Origin: an uncultured Candidatus Saccharibacteria bacterium
Lineage (GTDB): Bacteria > Patescibacteriota > Saccharimonadia > Saccharimonadales > Saccharimonadaceae
Length of the DNA stretch: 64,000 nucleotides
Direction of reading: 5' to 3'
NCBI GenBank assembly: GCA_948514425.1
Contig: CAOQYN010000001.1
Location: 26,605-90,604, forward strand
Part shown: piece after piece, positions 49,299-60,680 of the stretch
How the letters are laid out: the number at the start of each line of letters is the position of its first letter
Position numbering within the stretch: the first letter of the stretch is position 1
Program-made: the position numbers and the translations under genes
The notes under the pieces: model-generated
The model's database searches: none
Seen by the model: the letters and a program-made list of their open reading frames with translations, nothing else
What the model was told of the DNA's origin: nothing

Positions 49299-51989
49299 AT
49301 GCGAGAAAATCAATTTCTCGGTATCCTAGCACTCATTTTGGCGCTAGGTATGCCACTCTCGTTTGAGCTTTTTGCTTGTATTATTACAGTCGCAGAAGGC
49401 AAGATTTTTGATGCCGAAATTCGTACTGAAACCGAACTTGCTGCTGCTATTAAAGACTCTAGCATTCTCAAAATTACTCTCAAAAATGATATTGTTACGA
49501 CCCGTAACCTTGAAATTTCACGTAATCTAATTTTAGACCTTGGAGGTTTCAATCTCACTTCTCTTAAAGCTAACGTTTGCGTCATTGATATTAAATACGG
49601 TAGCGTCATAATCACCGGTAAAGGCAGCATTGTTGCCTACGGACTGAAGGGAAACGCCATTCGCATCAAAGGCGCTACAACTTCTGACAATGAAAATTAT
49701 GCTGAAGTTTTAGTCGATGAACAAGTGAAACTTTTCGCACCCAATCATTATGGTATATTAGTTGCCCCAAATTTCAAAGCTGCTTACGGCGTAACAGTTG
49801 ATTTTTATGGTCACATGGTAGCACAAGATGGTTTTTGTATTAGTGGAACTATTCGTGGTCGCGGCAAAAATATTCCCCTTATTAAGATTGCCGATCAGAC
49901 AAAAATCACCGTCGATGAAAATTCTGGTGTTGCAATCCATGCGGCTGGCTACGGTCGTTGGGAAATTGGAGCTTCTGAAATTACTGGCGCAACCGGTATT
50001 GTTGCGCAGTCCGGCAATATCACATTGAATGGTACTAAGATTATTGCTACTGGTGAATTTATCGAATCGGAATCTGAAGATGATAAACTCACTATGATTG
50101 GCGCCGTTTTGCAATCTGGCAAAGCGGTCAATCCTGACCATGCGGTTGAAGTTACCGTGAATAATGGTGAGTATACCAGCCTGCGTAGCTATGTTTTTGC
50201 CGAAACTCGTCGGGAAAAAAGTAAGCCTGCTCTCCAAATGCTCGTCATTGAAGGGGGTGAGTTTGCTGGTAAGCTCGGCACCTTCTACAAACTCGCTCCA
50301 CGCAACACCGAACATGCTGTTACGGTTGTCTATGGTGGTGATTTTACCGAAAACGTCCAAGACTACATTTCGTCTAGCTGTCATGTTAACAAGGTGCACA
50401 ACCAAGGAATTTATCAAGTCATTGAAGATAAAGTTGCTGAAGAAATTGATGAAGCGACTCGTCTTGCCCGCGCCCAAGGCCAGCTTCAAGCACTTATCGA
50501 AGAGTCTCTGGTATATACCAATGGCTACACTGTTGGTGATTTAGGTAAGTGGAAGCCTGTTGCCACCAAAGCTATAGCATCCATTAAACGTGCCGTCACT
50601 CTTGGCAAAAAGGCGCTCAAACAACATCTCGAATATGAGCGTATCGTTTCAGCTGAGCAATCTTTGGAGCGCGCCCTTGAAAATCTTGAACTTGTTAGCG
50701 ACGCTATGCGTACCGAACTTGCAGAATCTATTGCGTCAGTAAATGCCATCGACGCGCAAGACTATACTAAATACAGTTATCAGCAACTTATTACCGTTGC
50801 TGCCGCTGCCGAAGAACTTCTGCAAAGTGACGACACGTCACTTAAAGATTTATACTCTGCAATCTTGGATGTTGAAATCAACATTGATTTATTGGACGGC
50901 GCAGACGAATCTTTGGATGAAGAGCTTGATGAATTCTTTGAGCCGTCTCTTCCTATTCCTGCTGCGCATGATTTAGCCATTCTTGACGAAGTACCTGTAT
51001 CGGAAACAGCCTCCTTCACGCCAAGTAGCGCACCAAATCTGGGCGAGGACGAGATACCTTCTTCTGAGATCAATCACGTTGTCGAGTTTATTGCTTCACT
51101 TTTCTTAACGCAGGGCCAAACCTTTTTTAGCCCAGAACCAAACACGCCTCAATCTCAAGCGTTTGCATCGCCTGTAGAACAAAGTCCTGAGTCAGCTCCA
51201 TCAATCGCGACTCCAATCTCATCAGAGTCCAACACTCCTCCTGTCGATGATGCTGCATACATTCTATCCCACAGAATCGAATACCCTGCCGAAGCAGCAT
51301 TGCTTGAAGCTAAAGGGAATCTTTACTCTATGCTTGAAGCCGTACAAGACCTAACATTGAATGATTATGAGACAGAGTTTGCAGAGCAGTTTGGTGAACT
51401 CCAAGTCGCCATCGCCAAGGCACGAGCTATACTTTACAAACCAAATACTAATTTTGTTGAACTGATGTCGGCTATGGACGGTCTCGCCGAAAAGACAACT
51501 GGCCTAAAAGGTCTCACAGAACTTGAACCAGTTGCGGAAGCAAATCCAGAAACAATTCCTACCGAAGTTGTTGCGCCTGTCCCTGAAAAACCCGCACGAG
51601 TTGATTGGACAGGATTGGGTGAAGTGGTAGCAGAAATTTCACAGCTCAATCCTAATGACTTCACCGCCTCAAGTTACGCTCGTGTTCTCTCGCAGCTCGA
51701 AGTTGCAAAATCAATGCTCGCAAATTCTGATGCTACTCAAAGCGCAGTCGAAGATCTCGTTTTTGAATTAAATCTTGCTCTCCTCGCGCTTGAATATGTT
51801 CCGCAAAATTATAACACTACCACGGTCAATATCGAGCCAGCCACTATTTCTACGCCACCTATCGTCGAACCAGATTCAACTGTCACGCCAAACTGGATTA
51901 TGAGCATGCTTGCTGGCGCTTATGCTGGCATGGCAACATATCGTCGTAGCCGCCTTATCGCCAAGCAACAAAAACACTCCGCCGTATAA
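49299..51989 (+). CDS. Large surface protein: beta-helix-like N-domain, FIVAR-like helical repeats, C-terminal anchor
   Basis: ITLKNDI..LILDLGGFNL; DYTKYSY and DFTASSY..ATQSAVED repeats; hydrophobic C-terminus with basic tail. Confidence 0.7.
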   Translation: MRENQFLGILALILALGMPLSFELFACIITVAEGKIFDAEIRTETELAAAIKDSSILKITLKNDIVTTRNLEISRNLILDLGGFNLTSLKANVCVIDIKYGSVIITGKGSIVAYGLKGNAIRIKGATTSDNENYAEVLVDEQVKLFAPNHYGILVAPNFKAAYGVTVDFYGHMVAQDGFCISGTIRGRGKNIPLIKIADQTKITVDENSGVAIHAAGYGRWEIGASEITGATGIVAQSGNITLNGTKIIATGEFIESESEDDKLTMIGAVLQSGKAVNPDHAVEVTVNNGEYTSLRSYVFAETRREKSKPALQMLVIEGGEFAGKLGTFYKLAPRNTEHAVTVVYGGDFTENVQDYISSSCHVNKVHNQGIYQVIEDKVAEEIDEATRLARAQGQLQALIEESLVYTNGYTVGDLGKWKPVATKAIASIKRAVTLGKKALKQHLEYERIVSAEQSLERALENLELVSDAMRTELAESIASVNAIDAQDYTKYSYQQLITVAAAAEELLQSDDTSLKDLYSAILDVEINIDLLDGADESLDEELDEFFEPSLPIPAAHDLAILDEVPVSETASFTPSSAPNLGEDEIPSSEINHVVEFIASLFLTQGQTFFSPEPNTPQSQAFASPVEQSPESAPSIATPISSESNTPPVDDAAYILSHRIEYPAEAALLEAKGNLYSMLEAVQDLTLNDYETEFAEQFGELQVAIAKARAILYKPNTNFVELMSAMDGLAEKTTGLKGLTELEPVAEANPETIPTEVVAPVPEKPARVDWTGLGEVVAEISQLNPNDFTASSYARVLSQLEVAKSMLANSDATQSAVEDLVFELNLALLALEYVPQNYNTTTVNIEPATISTPPIVEPDSTVTPNWIMSMLAGAYAGMATYRRSRLIAKQQKHSAV

Positions 51990-52052
51990 TTTATTTGTGT
52001 TTGAATAAACTTATGCTTGTAGTTCTTTCAAAAATCATGCTATGCTCCAGGC

Positions 52053-53558
52053 ATGTCAACAAGAAAACTCTTTTTATGGCAAACAATCCATCCGTCCAAG
52101 ATTTTCTATAGCGCAATTTGGGGGATTATTATCGGCATCGTTATAAGTTTAACTTTCAATTTAGTAATTTTTGATAATATTTTTTGGCTAATCAGTGCTT
52201 TATTGATTTTTTGGTTCGTCTTACATCACGCTTCTTACCTCATGCTGATTATTGCGTTAACTATTGGTATCATAATTGGTAATTATCGTGTTCATGACGA
52301 CATCATTAGTGCTTCTGCCTTTACTGATCTTACTGGCGAGACGATTACTATAAGTGGCAAAATTACTGAGGACCCTATATCTTCATCTGGACAAGTCAAG
52401 TTGCGTCTTAGCGATCTTAGAATTTCCGATAACGCCACCAAAAAGTTTTCTGGTCTCATTTATGTTCAACTTTCAAACCCACCCACCAATCTAGAACGTT
52501 CTGATGAAATCACGATTCAAGGTCAAGTTGGCGCTGGTTTTGGCGTTTTTCTTGCGAATTTTTACCGACCCAAACTCATCTCTGTCACACGCTCTGAAAC
52601 TGGTGATATTTTTGCCCGTTTCAAAAATTGGTTTGCAGCACAGGTACGTAATTTTATTACTAGTCCAGCCGTTGATCTTGGCTTAGGCTACCTTGTAGGT
52701 ATGAAAGCTGGCTTATCAGAAAAATTCTCAGATGCCCTTAGTGCTGTCGGAATGACTCATGTTGTAGTCGCATCGGGTGCGCATCTTGGCATTCTCGTCA
52801 ATGCTGCAAAAAAACTTTTCGGCAAATTCTCCAAATTTTCTGGGATACTTTTCTCGTTAATTTTAGTATTGGGATTTGTCTTAATTGTTGGCTTCACACC
52901 TTCCATGACTCGTGCTGCCTTAGTGACCAGCCTCAGTCTATTAGTAGGTTACGTTGGGCGTAAATTTGCACCACTTCAACTACTTAGTCTTGTTGCCGCG
53001 CTCACGTTGCTGCTTGTTCCAGTGAATTTCCAAAATCTTGGTTGGCAGCTCTCCTTTGCTTCTTTCTTTGGTATCATGATTCTTGCTCCTCGTCTCCAGA
53101 AAATACTCTACGGCGGCAAAAAATTACCTTGGCTCGCAGGAATGCTTATTACGAGCATCTCAACAAGCTTAATCTGCGCCCCAATTCTCATTTATAATTT
53201 TGGTAGTCTTTCTTTTCTTTCTCTCATTGCTAATCTTATAATCCTGCCCACTCTCCCATATGCCATGTTGTTAGTTTGCCTCACAGGCGTTTTTAGTTTT
53301 TCTGCTATAGCCGCCAATCTTTTTGGTCAGTTTGCTACCTATCTCCTTGAATTCCATATAGCTATTATCAATTTTCTCAGCGAAAAGAAAATGTTTATTT
53401 TGGAACTTCCATCTGGTCACCCACAAATATATTTAGCTTACCTTCCAATTATAGTCTTTTTATTGTATAATGTTATTCATGAAAATCACTTCCGAGACCG
53501 CCATGCTCGAACTTGGTCAAAAAATCGCCTCGAAACTCAAACTTCCGGCCATCATTGA
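52053..53558 (+). CDS. comEC: ComEC competence channel
   Basis: GMTHVVVASGAH, PSMTRA, GWQLSF; no MBL domain. Confidence 0.92.
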   Translation: MSTRKLFLWQTIHPSKIFYSAIWGIIIGIVISLTFNLVIFDNIFWLISALLIFWFVLHHASYLMLIIALTIGIIIGNYRVHDDIISASAFTDLTGETITISGKITEDPISSSGQVKLRLSDLRISDNATKKFSGLIYVQLSNPPTNLERSDEITIQGQVGAGFGVFLANFYRPKLISVTRSETGDIFARFKNWFAAQVRNFITSPAVDLGLGYLVGMKAGLSEKFSDALSAVGMTHVVVASGAHLGILVNAAKKLFGKFSKFSGILFSLILVLGFVLIVGFTPSMTRAALVTSLSLLVGYVGRKFAPLQLLSLVAALTLLLVPVNFQNLGWQLSFASFFGIMILAPRLQKILYGGKKLPWLAGMLITSISTSLICAPILIYNFGSLSFLSLIANLIILPTLPYAMLLVCLTGVFSFSAIAANLFGQFATYLLEFHIAIINFLSEKKMFILELPSGHPQIYLAYLPIIVFLLYNVIHENHFRDRHARTWSKNRLETQTSGHH

Positions 53559-53955
53559 GCTGGTGGGCGACGTTGGTGCTGGCAAAACCACGTTTACGCG
53601 TGGACTCGCCCAAGGCCTTGACATCTCTGAACCCATTACTAGTCCTAGCTTCACAATCTCTAAGCGTTATCCTTTCCCGCTTCAACAAGAAAAGTGTTGT
53701 AAAAATTACAACACTTCAGCTAAGCATGGGGAATTGATCCATTATGATTTTTATCGTCTTAGCGATCCTGGGATTATGGGTGACGAACTTGCCGAGACCC
53801 TACAGGATCAAAATTCAATCGTGGTAATTGAGTGGGGCGGAGATGTTGCTAACCTACTCCCAGAAAATCACCTACGCCTCCATATCACACTTAATTCCGA
53901 TGGCAGCCGCAGTATTACTACAAACCAACCAGAAATTATGGACAATCTATCATGA
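53479..53955 (+). CDS. tsaE: t6A biosynthesis ATPase TsaE
   Basis: GDVGAGKTTF, SPSF, HYDFYRL, IEW. Confidence 0.95.
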   Translation: MKITSETAMLELGQKIASKLKLPAIIELVGDVGAGKTTFTRGLAQGLDISEPITSPSFTISKRYPFPLQQEKCCKNYNTSAKHGELIHYDFYRLSDPGIMGDELAETLQDQNSIVVIEWGGDVANLLPENHLRLHITLNSDGSRSITTNQPEIMDNLS

Positions 53956-54284
53956 AGCTTTATCTTGATACCTCTACTGACACTTGCATTCTGCGTCTTG
54001 ACGATCTCGAATATTCGCGCGTTGGCCGTTATGATTTAGCCGAAAAAATTTTTAGTTTCATCCATGATAAACTACAGGAAAATCATGCCGACTGGCAAGA
54101 TATCACCGCTATCACCTTTTTTAGTGGGCCAGGTTCTTTTACTGGCTTGCGCATTGGAGCTGCCATTGTTAATACTCTTGCCGACCAACTGCAAATTCCA
54201 CTTTATGATCATCATGGTCAACTTCACCAAGTTATTCTTCCAGATTACGGTCGTCCCGCCAATATCTCTGCTCCCAAAAAATAG
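53952..54284 (+). CDS. tsaB: Short TsaB
   Basis: LDTS, GPGSFTGLRIG. Confidence 0.9.
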   Translation: MKLYLDTSTDTCILRLDDLEYSRVGRYDLAEKIFSFIHDKLQENHADWQDITAITFFSGPGSFTGLRIGAAIVNTLADQLQIPLYDHHGQLHQVILPDYGRPANISAPKK

Positions 54285-54444
54285 AGTTAATGACCTTAAA
54301 CGCCACGCCAAGCATCCTTACTTTTTGCCAGTTCTCGCAAAATTATGATATAATCAATGCAGAATTTTATTAATTTTATATTTATTTGTTACCCCGTTGG
54401 TATAGAGAAAAATATCGACACAACAATTAGGAAAGGCACGAAAG

Positions 54445-55962
54445 ATGAACGTGATAGGAGTAATTATTGCCCTCGTACTCGGCATGGGTGCGGGTGCTAG
54501 TATACTTTTTGCTTATAATAAAAAAAATGAAAATGGCGGAAAAAACAAAGCTGATGATTTAGTGCGCAAAGCCAAAAATGAAGCATCAGACATTGTCTTA
54601 CAGGCTAAAACTAATGCTGCTGAGATGGCCTCAAAGTCGCAACAGGAAGAGGCTGAGCGCCGCCGCGAATGGAAGAAGACCGAATCTCGCCTGACTGAGC
54701 GTGAATCCAATCTCGACAACAAGCTAGACCAACTTGAACAAAAGACTGAGCGTCTCGCCAAACAAGAAAAAGAGCTTGATGACCTCAAAAATGAAGTACG
54801 AGATATTCGTAATCGTCAGCAAGAAAAATTGGAAAAAATTGCTGGCTTGTCCAAAGAAGCAGCTCGAGAAAAGCTCATGCAAATGACTGAACGCGATATT
54901 AAACAAGATCTTGCTGGCCTAGTTGCCAAGGAGCAGAAGGAAATCAAACACGACATTGATGAAACTGCCCAGGCAATCTTGCTTACGGCTATGGAACGCA
55001 TGTCTTCTGAAGTCACCGCGGATCGCACCGTAACTGCTCTAAAATTACCAGACGATGATATGAAGGGTCGCATTATTGGCAAAGAAGGTCGCAATATTCA
55101 AGCTCTTCAACGCGCGACTGGTGTAGATATTATGGTTGACGATACGCCTGGTATGGTCGTATTATCAAGCTTCGACCCAATTCGTCGCCAAGTAGCACGG
55201 TATGCGCTCGAGCGCTTGATGAAAGACGGCCGCATCAATCCTAGCTCAATCGAAGACGCTGTCTCAAAAGCTGAGCGTGAGATCGAAAAAGAAGTAATGC
55301 GTGCTGGCGAAGACGCTGCTCGCGAAGTTGGTGTAGTTGGTATTCCTCGCGAACTCATCCATCTATTGGGCGAGCTAAAGTTCCGCACCAGTTACGGTCA
55401 AAATGTCTTACTACACTCAGTTGAGATGGCACATATTGCTGGTATGATTGCGGAAGAGATTGGTGCCAACAAGCGTGTGACCAAAACCGCCACTCTACTT
55501 CACGATATTGGAAAGGCCGTAACTCATAAAATTGAAGGTAAGCATGCTGAAATCGGCGCCGAGCTTGCAAAAAAATACGGTATGCCAGACGACGTTGTTC
55601 ATGCTATGGCGGCGCATCATGATGATATCGAACCTACCACACCCGAAGCAATTATTGTAAAGATTGTTGATTCATTGAGTGCAGCTCGTCCAGGCGCTCG
55701 CAATATCTCAGCAGAGAATTTTGCTGAACGTATGCGCGATCTTGAAAATATTGCCACCAGTTTTCCTGGTATCGACAAAGCCTATGCTATCTCCGCTGGC
55801 CGCGAAATTCGCGTCATTGTCGAGCCAAAACAAATTGATGACCTCTCCGCCCTAAAATTGGCCCGTGATATTGCAAACAAAATTGAGGCCACAATGTCTT
55901 ATCCTGGCGTAATTAAAGTCAACGTGATTCGTGAAACTCGAGCTGTTGAATATGCTAAGTAG
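54445..55962 (+). CDS. rny: Ribonuclease Y
   Basis: KGRIIGKEGRNI KH, LLHDIGK HD, SAARPGAR. Confidence 0.98.
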   Translation: MNVIGVIIALVLGMGAGASILFAYNKKNENGGKNKADDLVRKAKNEASDIVLQAKTNAAEMASKSQQEEAERRREWKKTESRLTERESNLDNKLDQLEQKTERLAKQEKELDDLKNEVRDIRNRQQEKLEKIAGLSKEAAREKLMQMTERDIKQDLAGLVAKEQKEIKHDIDETAQAILLTAMERMSSEVTADRTVTALKLPDDDMKGRIIGKEGRNIQALQRATGVDIMVDDTPGMVVLSSFDPIRRQVARYALERLMKDGRINPSSIEDAVSKAEREIEKEVMRAGEDAAREVGVVGIPRELIHLLGELKFRTSYGQNVLLHSVEMAHIAGMIAEEIGANKRVTKTATLLHDIGKAVTHKIEGKHAEIGAELAKKYGMPDDVVHAMAAHHDDIEPTTPEAIIVKIVDSLSAARPGARNISAENFAERMRDLENIATSFPGIDKAYAISAGREIRVIVEPKQIDDLSALKLARDIANKIEATMSYPGVIKVNVIRETRAVEYAK

Positions 55963-56004
55963 GACGTTTTAGTATTAATTCCAAATACCAAACGTTTGCC
56001 AAAT

Positions 56005-56622
56005 CTAGTATTCGCGCAATGCTGGTAAATTTTTAAGCTCATCCAAACTTTTAATCTCGCGCATGAAGTTCAGCAGTAGATGTTTTGCATTTGGCTTTGC
56101 CGCATATTCAAGTAGCTCACTCAGTGTTACTTCCATAACCTCAACTTTCTCTCCGGCATCCAGTGATTGCTCACATTGCTCAACTAACCCAGTTGCCAGA
56201 AAAGTATATACCAACCAATCAATTTTCGAAAATGGTTGGCGTACTTCCATGAGTCTCCAATTTTGAAATTGTAATCCAGTCTCCTCGCGCATTTCGCGCT
56301 TTGCTGCTTCAAGTTCAGTTTCTTCTTGATCATCATGCCTTCCTCCTGGATAATCGTAAAACCAATCCTGGTGCGGCTGTGTTTGATAGGTAATCACAAC
56401 TTTATCTTCCGTACCGCTGACTTTTCCCAGACGGCTTTGCTCTTCTGGTGTCAGAATCCCCACAATCACCACCGTGTCATCACGTTTTAGCATTTCAAAA
56501 GTCGACATCGACCCGTCAAAAAGTTTTTGTGGCCATTGATAGACATCAAATAATTCCCCTCGAAACTTACATTCTGCCTGTTTTGGGATTAATTTTGCTT
56601 TCTGGGGTATATATTCTCTCAT
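56005..56622 (-). CDS. NUDIX hydrolase
   Basis: PGG...ETELEAAKREMREETG; start ATG 56622 just after TATAAT. Confidence 0.9.
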   Translation of the reverse strand: MREYIPQKAKLIPKQAECKFRGELFDVYQWPQKLFDGSMSTFEMLKRDDTVVIVGILTPEEQSRLGKVSGTEDKVVITYQTQPHQDWFYDYPGGRHDDQEETELEAAKREMREETGLQFQNWRLMEVRQPFSKIDWLVYTFLATGLVEQCEQSLDAGEKVEVMEVTLSELLEYAAKPNAKHLLLNFMREIKSLDELKNLPALREY

Positions 56623-56830
56623 ATTTTCATTATAATATATTTTATGATAGTCTTTAGTGATTTCGATGGTTATGTAATCGTGTCTGGCAGCCAGTCTGCG
56701 CTTGCTGTAGTTCCACCTAGTCACATCGTCAAAAGTGTAGCAGAACTGCTTAATACCTTGTATTAATATGTAAACAATGTTATAATAAAAAAGTTCGCTT
56801 GTAGACCGCAATAGTCAAGGAGGTGATAGA

Positions 56831-57572
56831 ATGCGGCCAACAATTTTAGTTATACCTGCCGAGGGAAACGCGGCAAGAACTGTGCGACAGTACATTTTAA
56901 GTTTAAAACAACACTATGGTGAAGAGGCAAAAGTAATCGTCTTTGAGTATAATCATAGCCCAGACATTAAAGAAAGTATTCGTAATCGGATTTTAGAATA
57001 CGCTGAATGTCATGAATTACAAAACCTTGAAATTCATGCACAAGGAGGGCTAGGTGCGTATGTAGCTTGTCAGATGCTCCTTTTATGGGATTTTGGCAAA
57101 GCTAAGCGCAAGATTAGACGTATCTTCTTCATTGGTGGGGCCCCTAGTAGTGCGATGACGTGGATAGCAAAATTATTTTATCGTTATCTTGCGCATTTTC
57201 TGCCAATACGCTTTTTTTGTTGATGTTCAAGTAGACCATAGGCTATATCGCAAACAGTTGGCGTTGATAGGAAATTGGGGCAGAGATTCGATTGCGTTTG
57301 AGTTTGATAAGCGTGATCTTGCAATTTGGGTCTCTGCCTTAGACCGAAATACTTACGACGTTCCGTGCGCACCCTGGGAGTGTTATTTCGTGCCTAATGG
57401 CAAGAAAACGTTAAGTTGGTGGGATAGTGTCTATGATCAAGAAAAGGCCATCGCAGCTTGGGCAAAAATCAATATTGATGCAACAAGACAACCCGATGAG
57501 CGCTTTGGCTTCCACAACATGACGCCAGTTGAAGCTCTTTTTAGGGTCATGGATGAACTTCGTCAATTTTAG
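56831..57572 (+). pseudogene. Hypothetical protein split by a +1 frameshift at a T7 run (57212-57218)
   Basis: ORFs 56831-57223 and 57189-57572 join if one T is removed; weak alpha/beta-hydrolase resemblance. Confidence 0.6.
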
Positions 57573-57781
57573 AAAAATCCCGGTTTCCGCCGGGATTTCC
57601 TGCTGCTTTGTTATAAACGAGAAGTCGCGTAATAACACAGATTTTACTTTATTATCGGCGACATATCCGCTAATACAGAACGCTATGCTAAAGTCGCTCC
57701 AGATTGTAGTCTGACGCTTACAATATAATAACTACGTTTCTAGCTCCACCAATGTTAACAATATGTTATACTTTAACTATT

Positions 57782-58213
57782 ATGAAGACCGATTTTATCG
57801 TCGTAGGTAGGACACGGAATATTCCAAAAGTTCTCGAGGTATGTAAAGCCCTTGATGCCATTAATAAAACGTACTATTGTTTTGCCACAAACGAGAAATC
57901 ACATAATAACGCAGGTTCCAATCTTCATGACCATCCCGACAAACTTGCGGATGATTATGAGAACTGTGAACTTACTTCGGACGCTATCCGTATCATTTTT
58001 GAAGACGATTTGGATGGGCTAAAGTCTGCTGATAATCTCATTATGGTGCTCCCCGCAGGCAAAAGCTCGCATATTGAGGCGGGTATAGCCTATGGTCTTG
58101 GCAAGAAATGTTATGCGATCGGCTCCTATGAAAAGACCGATTCGCTTTATTTGATTTTTGACAAAATCTTCCCTGACGTTGAAGGAATGAAGGACTATTT
58201 TAAGAATAACTAA
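57782..58213 (+). CDS. Nucleoside 2-deoxyribosyltransferase-like protein
   Basis: DLDGLKSAD, PAGKSSHIEAGIAYGLGK. Confidence 0.8.
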   Translation: MKTDFIVVGRTRNIPKVLEVCKALDAINKTYYCFATNEKSHNNAGSNLHDHPDKLADDYENCELTSDAIRIIFEDDLDGLKSADNLIMVLPAGKSSHIEAGIAYGLGKKCYAIGSYEKTDSLYLIFDKIFPDVEGMKDYFKNN

Positions 58214-58531
58214 AATCATATTTATATAAACTGTGGTCGGCCCAACTTCGCGAAGCTATAACCAAGTTTCAAGGTGGTAGCTCGGAGAATGATGACCTGT
58301 ACCTATGATAACATATAGATTGTGAGCTGAGAATTGGAAATAAGAAGAATAAGCGAGAAATGCCGTTTTGGCGTTTTAGCGTTTTTTGGATAGAATGTCT
58401 ACTACTTAGACGATTGGGTGTACTCGACTTCGTCAGATTGTTGCTACTCTCAAAGAAGCTGGTTAAAACTTCCAATACTACCCTTTGTAGATTAAAATAG
58501 TAATGGAGATACCATACTAGTCTAAATTAGT

Positions 58532-60509
58532 ATGAACAATCGCGAAGAGATTATAAAAGAACTTAAAATAATAGTTAACAGTGCTGGTTTTTTGCGAGTT
58601 CTGGCCAATATAGCCAGAAAGGATGCTTTCTTGATGGTGAACGACGATCGGGTTCAAATATGAACCCGATTCTATCCAGTATAGCGAGATAGGCTACCTT
58701 ATCGGATTAATGGTCTCTGAACCATATAGCCTAGAAAAGAGCATCATGGAGATAGACAATGCGCTACTGAAAAGGCGAGAAAAAAGAATTATGGAACTGC
58801 TCCAAAGTTTGCATTTTACATATGTAACACTTCCAAATAATGAAAATGACCTTATAACAACCGATTCGATAATAGAATCTACTTTCTACGCTGAATCTGG
58901 TGCATATAATTCCCAATTCTTAAATCACATAAAATATATTTATCGTCATGACATAACGTGGATTAACTCAAAAGTCGGTTTTAATATCGAGCTATGCGTC
59001 GATATTTTTAATGCGATTGTTTCTTGGATGGAGGCCGTATACTGTTGCGCTTTGAACGAAAAAATTCCGATTGACGAGCTAGATATGTCAAATCAGAATA
59101 ATGCGTTTAATATATTATGTGTGTCACCCGAAGTAATATATGCGTATTGTAAAGTGAATGGATCAGAAATAAATCCGGAAGATGTGCAGGCCTTTTTTGA
59201 TGTTTTTTCGTATTGTGGGCAAGAACAATATGGTGACTTTTTCGGTATAGAATCTCAAAATATTATTACCGAGAGACCAATTATAAAAATCGACGATTCG
59301 AGATACTTTATTGCTTCAACTATATTGCTCGCAAAAGCTATTTATAGTCGGCCTTTCTATATCGGCATACAGGATAGTTACTATAAAGATATCTTCTCGA
59401 AACACATTGGTGATGCATTGGAAGAGACGACTGAAGAATTTTTGCGTAGAAGCTTTGGTAAAAATAATACTTATAGAAACGTAATCATAGAATCAAAGAA
59501 GGGTAAAAGAATTTCAGATGCCGATGTTTTGTGTGTTTGCGACGATGCCATAATAATCGCCCAATGTAAGAATAAACGTTTAACAATTAAATCTAAGAGT
59601 GGGGATGCGATAAGCGCAAAAAATGACTATCTTAAAGCAATCCAAGATCCATATGAGCAGGGGTGTAGGATAGCTGAAGCAATAAAGAACAAATCCGGCT
59701 TGCATTTGACCCTTAAGGATGGAAAGTGCCTTAGCATAGAAAAAGACATTAATAAGGTTTTTGTACTGTGTATAACAAGTGATTATTATTCGGGGAGCAA
59801 GTTTCAAGAAAAGCTATTCTCTAAACAGAGTGAACACTTCACTCTAAACCAAATGAGTATTTTTGATCTAGAGCTTACTACTAAGTATTTAATCGATCCG
59901 TACGACTTTCTGTATTTTCTGCATAGGCGATCAATAGCGCGAGGCAAGTTTATTACTAATAATGAAATAAACATCCTCGGACATTATCTGGGGGCAGACT
60001 TAGAATTCCAAAAAGAATCTGATATTACTTTAATAGCAGATGACTTTGAATGTAACTTTCGCCAAGATATTATAGATAAGTATCTCACGGGCAAGGAAAG
60101 TAATTATTTTGCAATTAACCGAAGATTACCAAGAGAATTTCTCGAGTTAATACAAAGAATTGAAACGATAAAGTGTGATTTTAGCAAAGTAGATATATCA
60201 TTCTTTCTGAGGCGGCTAAACGCTACTACAGCAGGTGAAATATTGCAATATCTTAGCGATTCTCGTTCCAAGAATGAGATTTTTGATTTTTCTATGACGC
60301 TAGTTGATGGTAAGAAATATATTGGTGGTCTAACTTTTGTTACTGGCACGAATATAGAAAAGATTTCTCGAGCAACTATTTTATTAGGACATAAGCATGC
60401 ATCGGAATGCCCCACTAAAGAATGGCTATCTATCGGAATTGTCAGCGGTAAAATTATTGGCGTCTATTACGCTAGAGGCGAGACTGAAGAAGACTCAAGC
60501 TTCAAATAG
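58532..60509 (+). pseudogene. NERD/PD-(D/E)xK-domain protein, frameshifted near its 5' end
   Basis: ATG 58532 frame stops at 58663; the +1 frame continues EIGYLIGLMV into ORF 58710-60509; SDADVL...AQCK motif. Confidence 0.65.
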
Positions 60510-60680
60510 GACTCTGAAGGTAACTCATGTCTCGGCTCGTGATAGAATGGTGGGGTTAACAAAATTACGCCATTTCGGCGTATCTTATCAACGATTGGTA
60601 CACCCCAACTTTGTCAAGTTGTTATCATGTTTAAGGAAGAGAACTGACTACAGCATCTGGGCACAAAATCGGTACTATCA

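Noticed and set aside
57622..57662. GTCGCGTAATAA...TTATTATCGGCGAC inverted repeat as a dif/Xer site
   Set aside because: Spacer is far longer than the 6-bp dif core and the arms match poorly.
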